From positions 518,380 through 582,379 of the forward strand of contig JAKMXF010000155.1 in the NCBI GenBank assembly GCA_024704765.1: a DNA stretch of 64,000 bases, read 5' to 3'. The notes under the pieces are model-generated. The model saw only the letters and a list, made by a program, of their open reading frames with translations, made no database searches and had not been told where the DNA came from. The stretch comes from Oopsacas minuta. Taxonomy: Eukaryota; Animalia; Porifera. A program made the position numbers and the translations under genes. Below are positions 1-12,831 of this stretch, in pieces. Each line of letters starts with the position of its first letter. Positions within the stretch are counted from its first letter, which is position 1.

Positions 1-365
1 CAAGGCCCTATGTAAGCTCCAAGACAATGGCTGCTATTGACGACTTAGGATTCGAATGCCTCCCTCATCCCCCGTATAGTCCAGACCTGGCTCCCAGCTA
101 CTACTGGCTGTTTGGAGAGATGAAGAGACCTTTTCGAGAGGTGAGATTTGAGGGTTTCAAACGGCTGGAGTATGAAATACAACAGTGGGAAAAAGGGACC
201 CCAAAGAATTCTATACCACTGGGCTGGAAAAGTTACCTGAAGGATGGAAGGGATGTATAAAGTTAAAGGGGAGAATTTCTCGAAACATTTGATAATCAAT
301 TATGATAAGTATAGGTTTACCATATGAAATATGAAAAGGTCTCATTATTTATTGAACAACCCTTG
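1..365 (+). mobile_element. 3' end of a decayed mariner (DD34D-type) element
   Basis: ORF 27-260 contains LPHPPYSPDLAPSYYWLF, the mariner YSPDLAPxD motif with the last Asp replaced by Tyr. The element ends ...acaacccttg|TA at 365/366-367. The same terminal ~180 bp recurs at 60571-60747. Confidence 0.85.
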
Positions 366-3300
366 TAGAAACAGCAGAGGAAGAAACAAAAAACTTGTAT
401 ATAGTAATACTAAGTACGGTTTTGTGTATTAGTTTTCTATCATCAAGGAGGCCATGTTTTGGATAATGAAAGTCATTCTTTTGAATGAAGCCATGAGGGC
501 ATGATGTTTTGTATTATTCCCAAAAACTGTATTATCGCTAAGCTATGTATGAGGAATCATATATCGAAAACACAAATGAGTGGTAGGACAACAGGACTAC
601 GCCTGAATCTCCTTGATTAATATATTTACGTAGTCCAGGGCCTCAAATAAACCGGGTTGTGATAGAGATTAACAGGTGTGTGGTTTGTTGTTATCCTAGA
701 AGCGAGACTGTATTTACACTAACTATGCCCTTCAAGAATTTCAAATATGCATACAATAGAACACAACCAATTCCTTTTGTATCAAACTTGAATACAGTTG
801 ACGCATGATATAGCCGTCGCGGTCTGGTTTTTAAGGCACTTGTGGTGCTGTTAGTTTTGGTACTGCTATGTTAAGTGAGATTTTAACCGGACCAGTTTCT
901 TAGGGCTATTACTGCCTAACTGGATCACTTCAAACTCCGTTGCTCCAGGGTTGATATAATAGCAACCGTTATGGATACATGCAAGTTATATGAACATCAT
1001 ATAAAGACATTGGAACCCATTTTTAGCAAACAAAATCAAACCTTGGAGGTTACCATACGAAATTGCTGCTACTCCTATGTAAGTTTCATATGAATACAGT
1101 CTCTACCTCAAAGCCTTGGGAGTCCAGAGACTTCAGAACCACCAAGGCACCCAAACTTGGCGCCTATGTTAATATAAGTAGACTTCGCTTAATAGGATCA
1201 CATTGGTACCATTCCATTTTTCCCCGATTAATCGGAATAAAGGTGTTGGCTCGATTAACCGGAGTTTTTTAATACTATTTATATGGTTCTATTTCTATCC
1301 AAGTGACCAGGTTAAACGGTGGCTCTATTAAGCTAGTCTCCTGTAGTTCCAGACGATGTTCTTATAACCAAAATATATTTATCGCTCATATTAAAGTAAA
1401 AATTTCCTACAAAGCCTTCAGTCGAGACTATTACTCACAATCAATGATTTTGTTGTACTTTGAGGAGATGGTGGACATGGAGAAGCGATTTACACTAATG
1501 CGAGATTGATGGATCGATTACTCACTAGAATAACTCACGGATATTGTGTGAATTATTTTTCCTTTACAAATAATGCCCCTAATAGAATCGCGAACCCAGG
1601 GCCAACAGAAAGTGAACTCACAACCTCTTTGTATGAATTGAACTTGAGTTCAATATACAGGAGTAACAGCTGAAGCTCTCGTGGAACTCAATAATGAACA
1701 TAAAAATTCTTTATGCGCCGTACTCAGCATAAAACGTGTCAAAATATAATTAACTTTTGTTATAGGAATTGACTATTACAAATTTAACACGCGTTCCAAT
1801 GAGACGGAAATATTTTAAATAGAAAGAAAGGCAGTTACATTTTGAAATATTGATTGCACTCGAAGTCATGAAACTATTTGGTTCCATTGAAGGAGGGTCG
1901 AAACGAAAGTATCATTCTAAAATGTCAAGCTAATATTACAATCTTTGAAATATAGGGCATAAGTTAGATACCATATTCCTCAAATAGTAAGTATCCCTCC
2001 TTCGAATAATCGCACCACTGAAGGAACCTCGAAATGTATAATTGTTCCTGCGTACTATTCGAGAAATACTGTATATTGAATATAGGCAACAAACTTTAGT
2101 CAATAAGACTTGTAAAATAGTTTGGATTTGTAGAGTCGTGAAATATTTTTAGATGAAAGTGATAAAAATATAGAAGTTTGTTTATGAGTGGATAATATTT
2201 ATAGAGCTACCAAAGGACTATTTCAAGGGGTTTAGTCTTCACCAACAGTGTATTGTATTTCAAATGGGGAAATTATCATAAGAATAAGTATCTTAATATA
2301 ATGATTTCATGCTATATCTGGCCTTAGTTGATTAATTCCTTGAAATTTAATAAATAACTCTGAACTATCCATTTCTACTCAACATTTCAAACATTTATTA
2401 TATTTAATCTATTTTGGAATACATGAAATCTAATTGCTACGACATTATTGAAATTACTTTGTATATTCTATGATTCATTGAGTAATTAATAATGAGTCAA
2501 CTGATATCAAATAGTTGATATTGTAACAATTTGTTATGCGTAACTATAGTTGGAGTGGATTAGAATGTTTCATAAAATTTGTGTGGTTAGTACAAATCTA
2601 ATAGAGACTCAACTCAAACAAGCCAGTTTAGAAACCTAAATATCTCAAAACTTTTGACTCTTTTAACAAAATATTTTAAACATAAACTTAAATACAACAG
2701 GAATACATGCCCATGATTTCAGGAAAAAATAATTTGTTTGAGTATACTAAAATTATATATAAACGACTGCTGATTAGATGCACCAATTTCTATTACAAAA
2801 TAAAGTTTATAAATATAAATTCATTTTCAGTAACGTCCGTATCTCTTCTTTCGAATGGTCCAAAAATATTTACATTCTGACCATGGGAATTATTCTAATT
2901 GATGGGTGAAGTACTGCTAGTCGAATATTCAGTCAACTTCACACTCGTCAATATTAGCTACTTATACACTTGCAACTATCATATATTCTTTTTGTGCTTT
3001 CGTCGCTCAATGGAATTGAACCTGTTAGCACTCTTTATTGACTCCCTATACCCTTAAATACATTTGGTTATATTACCCTCACCACGGTAACGTTATCCTT
3101 AATCTACCCATATATTGTCATTATTGAGATACCCAAAATCTTAAATGATATCATGTCGAAATACGTTGCAAGGCTATGGGAATTCGAGTACTTTGTATTT
3201 GCTCAAAGTTCCTATTCTCATTTGAAATAATTCCCACGATTATTGAGTTAACTTACTATCCATAAAAGTGTGTGATCCCATATCTTCAGTGTAACACAAG

Positions 3301-3867
3301 AACGAGCCAACATTTGTATGGCTAAATTTTCATCTTTTGTATAGAGTTTTTTTGAATAATTTCATATATATTCGGTTTAAAATGAAACATGCAATATTTC
3401 ACCTTCAACAAGACATTAAAGAAAAGCATATTTCCCAAAGATATGGTTAATAGACACATATATCATGTTCCTGGAATTTTGGCAACCATGGTTGATTCTA
3501 TTTTGTTCTAACAAACTTGCAATACATTTATTATGGCAAAACTGCAACTTTTCTGCAATATAGAAACTACAAAATGCTAAACAAGTTGTTGAATCTGCGA
3601 TGCATCGCTAGTCCAAAGTGACAATTCACTGTGAGGCCTGTAAGGTAGGCTATGATTTAATTCAGCAACTATAATAGATTGATTTTAGATGGAATATCTT
3701 TCTGGGACATTCTCAATCGACCAGCTGATCAGAGGCATTAAATCAATTATTTAAACAATGTATAATTTCTGCGAATATTCATTAAATATATTTTAGCATT
3801 CTATTGGGTCACGATTCCCGAGGTCACTGACATTGTGTTTTTCTTTAATCAATAATATATTTTATAG

Positions 3868-4025
3868 GCACACCTGAATTCATGGCACCTGAAATGTATG
3901 AAGAGGACTATGATGAAGCAGTAGATATATGGGCTTTCGGTTTATGTGTACTGGAGATGTATACTCTTGAGTACCCATATAGAGAATGTCGGAGTCCCGC
4001 AGCAATATTCAAGCGAGTTAGCGAT
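3868..4025 (+). CDS. WNK: WNK kinase exon A (kinase subdomains VIII-X)
   Basis: Acceptor tttatag|, donor |gtgagt, phase 1 in and phase 0 out. Translates (G)[52 protein letters not shown], matching the WNK signature [32 protein letters not shown]. Confidence 0.95.
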
Positions 4026-4918
4026 GTGAGTGATACATTTAGTTTATTTCACTTCTAACGCTTTCTTGAATTATATTTTCTAATTCTCTATCCTACTAAA
4101 TATAATTGTGCATTGTTGTATAAGTTTGTCATAAATCGAACATTTTACATATTGACAATTGATGCGAACAATTCCGATTGCTAATTCCAAGTCACGTCAA
4201 TCTTAACCAGATTTAGGAATCGTGTGGTTCACTTTAATAGAGAAATTTGGAAACAAATTCTTTTCAATCTGTTAGAATTTTATTAGAAATTTATTGTTGA
4301 TTCTCTCACTGAAATTTGACTAGTTAATAGAATAAATTTTCAAAAAGTTGGAAAAAATCCCAATTATTTATGCTGAAATTCCTAGAAAATTATATATGTG
4401 AATGTAATATCTTTAGCTAATCAATTGTCTAACTCTGAATGGTAAATCGTTTGTATGGGGAGTTTCGATGCTCTATACAGTGGGAAGTCGGTTGATTCCT
4501 CAAACTGATATTACTTTGTTTCCAGTGAATAATTTAGTGTTTCTCATTCATCTATTTGTATTACTTATTGATACTTCTAATGCTCTTTGTATATGAAGAA
4601 ATCATTGAGATTACTTGACAAGTTCTCATTGCCATTCTTCATTCTGTTTATGCTCCTAGAAAATAAGAACACTTGGTATTTTTTTGAACTTTCGGAATTG
4701 GGCATTTTTGAGAATCCTTTGCTAAAATTGTTTCAATTCATCGTAGTGCCTACATATTGGAGATAAATACTTTTAAATCTACTTATTAACATTTCACTTT
4801 TTACAATAAGGGTAGAAATCTTATTTTTGCAAAATCATTCTTTTCATTACCAATAAATATTTTCATATTTTTCGTTCATCAAAGTATTTGAACTTTCAAC
4901 TATTCGATGGAAAGATGA

Positions 4919-7080
4919 CACAGGCCAATAAAAAATATTTCTATCCCTTGGCTCAGATTATTGGACCATTTTGAAGGTATATCGGGGTTGCTGAATCAGA
5001 AATTCTATAAGTTTTCCTGAATGTGTCTCTAGTTTTCTAGACATTACACAACCTTAAATTTTAAGGTAATACTACAAATATTTTCGGTTATACATGTATG
5101 TTTGTATCAACATTTGCAACTATTTGTTCACAAAATAGAACCATTTATGGATTCAAATTGCATTAGACGTTGTTGCCTCACTGATCCTGATGTCTTTTGC
5201 TATATTTGTGGTGAATATATGGCAAAGGAATATCGTTTTAATGTTAGAGATGTCAGCAAAAGCTCAACAGGCTTGCTTTGGTAAGTTAGGCGATCAGGAT
5301 AAGTCATGGAGCTCTCACAAAGTGTGCAAATTTTGCACAGAAACCCTCTGCCTATGGACCGAAGGAAAGCCAAATCCATGAAGTTTGGGGTACCAATGAT
5401 TTGGCGAGAGCCTAAGAACCATCACGATGCTGTTACTTCTGCATGGCTAACATGTCTGGATGGAACCGACAGAAAAAGAATTCGTGGCAATATCTTGACA
5501 TACATTTGCAAGACGCCCAATTCCACACTGCAGCGAAATTCAGGTGGCTGTTTTACGTCCTTACCTGACACTGCGTTTATTAAGGGAATTGATGAATCGT
5601 CGGACAGCACTTACAGTAGCAATGGCAGTAATGAGCCGTTATAAATAAGGGAAGCGAAACCTTTCACATAGGGGCAGCTCAACAACTTAGTGAGAGACCT
5701 AGGCTTGTCAAAAGATGCTTCAGAGATCCTGGCTCCCCGTCTTAGTGAACACCATGTTCTCCACAGTGAAGCTAGGATAACTTATTACCGACGCAGAGAC
5801 GAAGAACTTATTCGCTATTTCAGCGAAGAAGGCGGCTTCGTGTTTTGTAATAACATCCCAGGACTTCTCTAAGCAATGGAACTATCCCAATACAATCCCA
5901 ATGAGTGGTGTTTATTTATCGACAGCTCTAAACTGAGTCTAAAGTGCGTGTTGCTGCATAATGGTAACAAATATGCCTGTATTCCGATCGGCCATTCAGT
6001 AATCTTGAAAGAGCACTATGCAACTGTAAAGATGGTCCCACAAAAGCTGTGTTACGATGAACATAACTGGGTCGCGTGTGTGGACTTGAAAAGGGTCAAT
6101 ATTCTGTTAGGACAGTAAAGTGGTTACACTAAATACCCATGCTTTCTTCGTTTGTGGGACAGCAGAGCAGATGGGGTGCACTGGGAAAAGAAGAACTGGC
6201 CAGTTCGTCAAAAGCTTGCCGTGGGGGAAAAGGATATCATTAACGAGCCACTAGTTAGCATGACCGTATCATCCTACCACCACTACATATCATGTTGGGA
6301 CTGATGAAACAATTCGTAAAGGCATTGAACAAAGATGGTACCTGTTTCAACTACCTCTGCTCAGTATATCGTGGCCTGAGTAGCGAAAAACTTAAGGCAG
6401 GAATTGTTAATGTGCCACAAATCAGAAAACTGATAGAAGATGAAGGTTTCGCCTCACACATGGCTGGAGTTGAGCTGCCGCATGATACTCCTTTGTCGAT
6501 GTTGTAAGGAATTTTAGGCAACACCAAAGTGGCTAACTACCAGAATCTGGTCGAAGGCATGCTCAAGAACTTCCACAGTCTGGGAACCAGAATGAACATA
6601 AAACTTCACTACCTCTATAGCCATTTAGAGGGATTCCCTGAAAATCCTGGTGAGTTAAGCGAAGAACAGAGCGAGCGATTCCACCAAGACATCAGGACGA
6701 TGGAGGAACAGTACCAAGGACGAAGGGACGCTCACATGTGGCTGATTACTGCTGGAGCCCTATGCGTGATTGCCCCCAAGAACCTCACAAGAGGAATTCG
6801 TATAAGAGAACGTTCGTTCATGATTGATGAGTATTCAGATCATATAATATCTTAAATTATCTGCTAATTATGTGCGTACAATACTAGTTATAAGGTAACA
6901 CAGACATATTATAAAGTATCAGTGAACACAGATTTACGGATACTTACAAACATAATTTAACAATATCAGAAAAAGTAGAATCTATTGACCAGAACTAGTG
7001 CCATTTTCGAACTCAGTGACCCCGATATTCCAATAGAAATTGTCTCGACTTATCAGTCAAGAAAATGTTGTTGGCTAGTG
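4919..7080 (+). mobile_element. Chapaev3 (CMC superfamily) DNA transposon, family A, copy 1; transposase decayed
   Basis: CAC...GTG termini (cacaggccaataa / reverse complement of right end cactagccaacaa). Broken ORFs carry FCYICGE, LFIDSS, (G)DLK, YPCFLR, LPPLH and SE(E)QSERFHQDI. Flanks are TGA and AAA, so no intact TSD. Confidence 0.85.
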
Positions 7081-10000
7081 AAACCATGCATTATTTTGTA
7101 TCAGAAAACAATATCAAATTATTACCAATATGTAAATTCAATTGACCTTACTTTTTTGATACTGACGTCATCATTACAACACCCTAATCCTTAAGGTCTC
7201 CGTGAGAACTTGCTAAGTAGCCTCAATGAATTACTCATATATGAAAGCCCTACAAGTGTTTTTATTTGCAAATGTTATAAGGTTGTTTTCATAAAATTAC
7301 TAATCAAATCGGCCTTTTATTTAAATGGCCTACTCGTTGACATATACAGCATTTCTACAGTATCCCATGCTAGATTCTACATTCTGATCCTTTGATATTG
7401 TAACTTTATAAACTGCATGTAACAAGTTTCATTCATTAATAATTTTTTGTCACTAGTAATATTATCCAAAAACATACAATTTGAATGTATTGTATTTAAA
7501 TCAGTTAGCATAAAAGTATTTGGCCCTTAATAATCTTGTTTAAGGAATACAAAGTTCCAGTTGAGAAGTTCCCCTATCTGTCCTAATAATTTGTCTCTAT
7601 ACTCTGCACTAGCCACTTACGATGAGTTACAGCACTAGCCTAAACATACACACTTAATACTATTTATTTTTGAATTAACTACTGTACCAAATTTACCTTA
7701 ACAGTTCGATGCTCAATTTTCGACTTTCAGTCATCACAAATATTCCCTTCCTTTACAAATTTCAAAAAAAACTTTGGACATCATTCTTCCAGATTATTGA
7801 TTAGTTTTCCCACTTGTTTAGCCTAATCAATTATATTGGATTGGGTATCTAACACCTTATAATTAGCCTAAACCTACATTATTTATCTAAGCATGGAGCC
7901 ACAATAAGGATCCAAATTTGACTCGTACTCTAGTAAGGGTTGAATTCATTCATCTTTGAATAGATTTGGCAATCATTTATATTTCAGTGAAGATTGTATG
8001 TACACATACGTATGAACAACCTGTTCGGAGAAACATATTTTTCGGCTTACACATGATGTGTGCAGCAGATTTTTCTTACTTACGATGCACGGTAAGCGAA
8101 CACTTCGTGTCGCAGGTGGCACCCCTCGAGGTATCTCATTTCTTTATGACGTACTATTGATTATATTCTTCTTCTAAACATGTATATCAAGCACAAAACG
8201 ACACAAAATTTCGTAATAACTGTTCAATGTTCACTATATATCGTATTGATCATGAACTCTAGTTTATGAATCACACTTTGTCAAAATGTTCAATATTTAC
8301 TTGAATTTCTTTACACCATGCCTCTATACATTTTTATCCTGCGAGAATGTTAATCTTATTATTAAATGAATAGTTTTTGAATTTATAATTTTCAGTTATA
8401 ATTATTTAGAAGAGTATTTTTCTATAAGGTTTACTGAATAGAAATTGATATTCGAGTTTTCAGAATTTCTTCAACCCGGAGCTTGATCTATAATCTTGAC
8501 CTTTTGAGTTTGGATAGGGTCCCATCCGACATTTAGTAAATGGGAATTTATGCATGGAATAGCTTGGATGGGTGATGAGACAAATACATGTGGACTGTCA
8601 ACTGCTACAAATGGACAAGTCATAGAGCCGCACGGAGTTCGGTTGTGAAGATTTTAATATCGTACCAACGCGGGTATGGGAATTGCCAATGGGCGCAATC
8701 CTAGAATGAGGCTTCTATATCAGGGGCGTGGGAGTAGGTGATGCCAGTGGGACTATCAGACGCGGCACATTCATTCGAGAAGTGGTACGTCGCGGAATTT
8801 AGTACTCGAATGGTGTACTGTGACTCAGCACTAGTTAATATGTCACGGCAGGAATCATACTTACAAACTGTCTACAATGTGTACAGGTATATAAGTGGAT
8901 ACTAAAATAATGATATAATTACCACATTGTCTATTTTCAAAGTGTTAACGCTTGGCTGGCAGAGCTAGCAATCCTCAAAGTGGTACGGTACTCACCACCG
9001 TTATACCGCCACTGGACAAGGCTCGACCACTTTCTTGTGCAATCACTATTGGGAGACAACAACCATTAAGTTCTCGGACTCTTCTAAATAAGTACTGTTC
9101 GCAAATGAGTGTATTTGATAGTTCACCAATATATTCAAAATATATTATATGCCCTGCCAGGCAAAGTAGTGAAACACACGAAAAAGTGTTGACCATTCTG
9201 TGGATATAGCAGAGGCATATAGGACATTCACATTGTTTCTGATTAAAATTATGCGCAAAACGTATGAAATTATATTCAGTCCACTTCAAATAAAGGGAGC
9301 GTATATGATGATTCATATTTCTACAATTTCTTGAGGCATTCATATTGTATTATTGGCATAGCCAGCTATAGTCTGGCCTAACCGCTTAAAATTTGTTTAT
9401 CATACCCCTGTAGATAGTGTGATTGTGTATTTCAGTATTATTCAATTCTTTCAGGGTTAAAACCATAAGTTCAAACGAGTGTGAAGTTTGCAGAGTATTC
9501 AACTAAGGTCACTTCAGTCACTAATTGAATCATTTCTACTGAACAAATTAAAACAAAAATTAGTGGAATTCAAAGAGAAGAATAGGACGTCTTACGTAGT
9601 GTACTTTGTTATTCAATGCAGAGATGGTTAAAGGGTTGAATTATTACTATAGATCATTATGAAATAAAACTGGTTATATTTTGCTTTTTATTTGTAAAAG
9701 ATAGTAAAGTAAGTAAAGTATACTAAATGTTGAACCAAATCACTGATTTAATTAACTTAGGAACAATCAAAATCATATTTTCATCTCTATAATTCAATGT
9801 ATATATTTTTGGTTACTTTTCGTCTTAGTTTAGGGTTAGCACTCCCTTGAATAAACAATCTGAAAATCTCTGTGCATTCTTTGCTGATATTGACGTCTAT
9901 AAAAATATATTTCATACAAAGGATAAATAAAGCGTTGAGCTAAAAAATCAAATTTATTCGGAGTGAGAGTGTAGGGGAGGAATCATATTTCGCATGAGAT

Positions 10001-10984
10001 AGGGTATCTAAAAACACATTTTTCTCACAATAAATCCCACTAAAGCTCAATAAAATATTTCTAATAGACAGTTGAGATGTGGACGTTATAACTATAGCAA
10101 TAGTATCATGAACTACCAAAGATTATGACTTTCAAATGTAGAATGAAATTCGAAAATCTCTCAAATTTTGTATATTACTAAATTAAACTGAGATTAATCT
10201 TGAGGAGAGATAATCATCAGAACCGAATAAAAATATAGATAAAATAACTATAATTATTTACTGTAATAGCTAGTGTTTGATTGGGATGCATAATCTAGTC
10301 TCATCATAAGATCTAAAGAAGTTCCTTATATATAGTTGAGCTATAGTATAGTGCAGTCTTTGTAATACAAAAACCCCATACCCTCATTCCAAAACGTGAC
10401 TTTCATTAGTCCCAAAAATGAACTTTCCTCTAACATAGAAAGGCGAAAACACAAAAACTGTACTATAGTATAGTTAAGCTATATAAGAGTAATTTGAAGA
10501 TCAAAAATGTATGGAAATTACGTATACTGCGTAAACACTAACTGAATATTCAGTTATATAACAATTCACCTAAGCAACTGGATATTAGTAATCAATAATG
10601 TACCAGTTGATAGTTAACGTCTTCCAAAAAGAGTTGTTAGGGTTTGCAATATGAGTCTCTTTGGAAAAGAGGAAACAAAGAGCGTTAAAAAGATGTTTTA
10701 TCAAGAAAAGAGAATATTTTCTTGTTCGTCACAAAATATATAATAAATAATCATATTCTATTACTTTTCTTAACAATGAATTCAAAAAATTTGATATAAT
10801 TGTACAATGGTGACTATTTATTTGAATAGAAGTAGCTTTGTAAAATATTTGTAGAATCATGTTAACTTCAGGTATCTCTAATTCAAAACACCATTATTCA
10901 TTATTGTAACTATGGAGGAGTAAATTAAAAAGCATTCCATTTTCATATTAATTTAAACTGAACAACAAGTAGGTACCAAACATA

Positions 10985-12291
10985 CAGGTTGACAAATAAG
11001 TTCTGTCCCATTGACAATTTATTATAACTAAACCATGAAAGAAGATATTGACTTGAAATTATGCTGTAACTTAGCAAACTAAATATAGATTCATACTATA
11101 TTCAATTGTTCGATAAAGCCCCCTTTCTTTTTGATGACAGCTCTTAGCCGCTTGGAGATGGGCTCGACAGCGGCACGCAACATTTCCTGCGGGATTTTTG
11201 CCCATTCTCGGGATAAAGACGTTTTTAGAGACTTGATACTCCTGTGGGAAGTAGTGTACGCATTTGTCTCCAATATCGACCACAACAAGAATACCTTCGA
11301 GTTGAGATCTTGACTGGAAGGAAGCCATTCCTCCTTGAAGATGAAGTCTGAGATAGTGTTTCGTAACCACTGTTGGTTGATTTTCGCTGTGTGGGCTGGT
11401 GCACCATCTTGCTGGAATAAAAATGGACGATTAATGAACATGGTCTTACCAAGGCCTCTCGCTATTGGGTCTAAAAAGAGCTCCTGATATTTAACAGCGT
11501 TTATTTTATGCTCGGTGGGATGAAAACCAGTGGGGTACGGCCTTTGCAGACTCCCCCGCTCAAACCATCACTGACTGAGGATGCTGAACTCTTTGGACGC
11601 ATCGATATTCTAGTAGTATGGAAGATGAAGAAGAGGGCAATACTCGATCGTTTGGACGATTGTACGCCTGCTCGACCTTGAATAATTTCTCATCCGTGAA
11701 TAAAATTTCATCAAGGCCTGAACGTGCGAACCGGGCCAGTAAGGCCTTGCTATTGGCTAATCTCTTTTCTTTTTCTGTGCCGAAATAAAGTAAACCTTCC
11801 TCTTTTTGTAAGGAAATAGGCTCATATTGCTCTTTACAATTGTTCGGAACGATTCTCTTGATATTTTGAGTTCTAGCGCTATTTTTCGCATCGAACGTTG
11901 CGTATTTCGCTGAATCCGACTATTGGTAGCCTTTCTCTTCTGGGTAGAGTTCGCAGTGTGTTGGATGTTCACTTCTTTGCTGTCTGAGGTACTACCAGTG
12001 TCCTTATATCTTTTAATAGTACGATGTACCAATTTCTGCGCGACTTGGGGGAATTTAGAATCTTCAGTATTTTGCTTTGGCTTTTCCGTTGCAAATTTAT
12101 ATTGACAATAGCCACCCTATTCTTCTTCATTTTGCCTAGAAACTTTTAGCTTGTTCAGAATGACGGATTACCATTGAATACTTTAAATATATACATAGTT
12201 ACTTATCTTACACTATAGCTGTTCAATCTGGTTCTTTAATAAGGAACTACACTTCATCAAACATATGGGTCAGAACATATTTGTCACCCTG
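10985..12291 (-). mobile_element. maT/DD37D-type Tc1-mariner element, full length (1307 bp), frameshifted
   Basis: TA flanks on both sides. 26-bp TIRs with 3 mismatches (caggttgacaaataagttctgtccca / cagggtgacaaatatgttctgaccca). HTH fragment MVHRTIKRYKDTG. FQQDGAPAH...WLPSSQDLNSKV gives 37 residues between the second Asp and the third catalytic position, here Val. Confidence 0.85.
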
Positions 12292-12831
12292 TACATAAAT
12301 TATGCCAATATCCGATACACATGTACATATAAACCAGTGATATCCATTATCAATTCACACATAAATACTAATTGTTGATAAACACCACACAAATGATACT
12401 ATTAACAATTTTCACAGAAATTTTGAAATTATATTCTTAAACTAATATCATATATATATAGAGAGAATTTCTCAGGTTAATAATGGCTCGAAAAGATAAA
12501 TAGATACCGTATACAAGATTGAACTAGGTGATATATTTACTGGATGTCACAAATATTTCTGAACCATGATAAAAAGGAACGCATTGTAGTTGGTTCGAAG
12601 TAAAGATAGGTCATGTTATCAGGAAATATACTGAAGCTATCATAAACTTGAACTAATGCAATGTAGGGACACTATATTATGATAATAAGTTAATATATGA
12701 TATCTCTCAAAAGTTACAAATAAATATTGACGAAGAAGTGATATCCATTGTCTCAACTATAACTCATGAACTAGCCAAATTCTCAATGAATTAAAGATTT
12801 TGACTTTCTGAATACACATATACTTGAATTA

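Noticed and set aside
813-895. tRNA or tRNA-derived SINE head (gccgtcgcggtctggtttttaaggcac...)
   Set aside because: Only a loose A-box resemblance, a poor B-box, no cloverleaf and no second copy found in the window.
9441-9480. ttctttcag|ggttaaaacc as the WNK exon after exon A
   Set aside because: Phase 0 gives GGT TAA (immediate stop). The exon at 17010 fits the WNK consensus instead.
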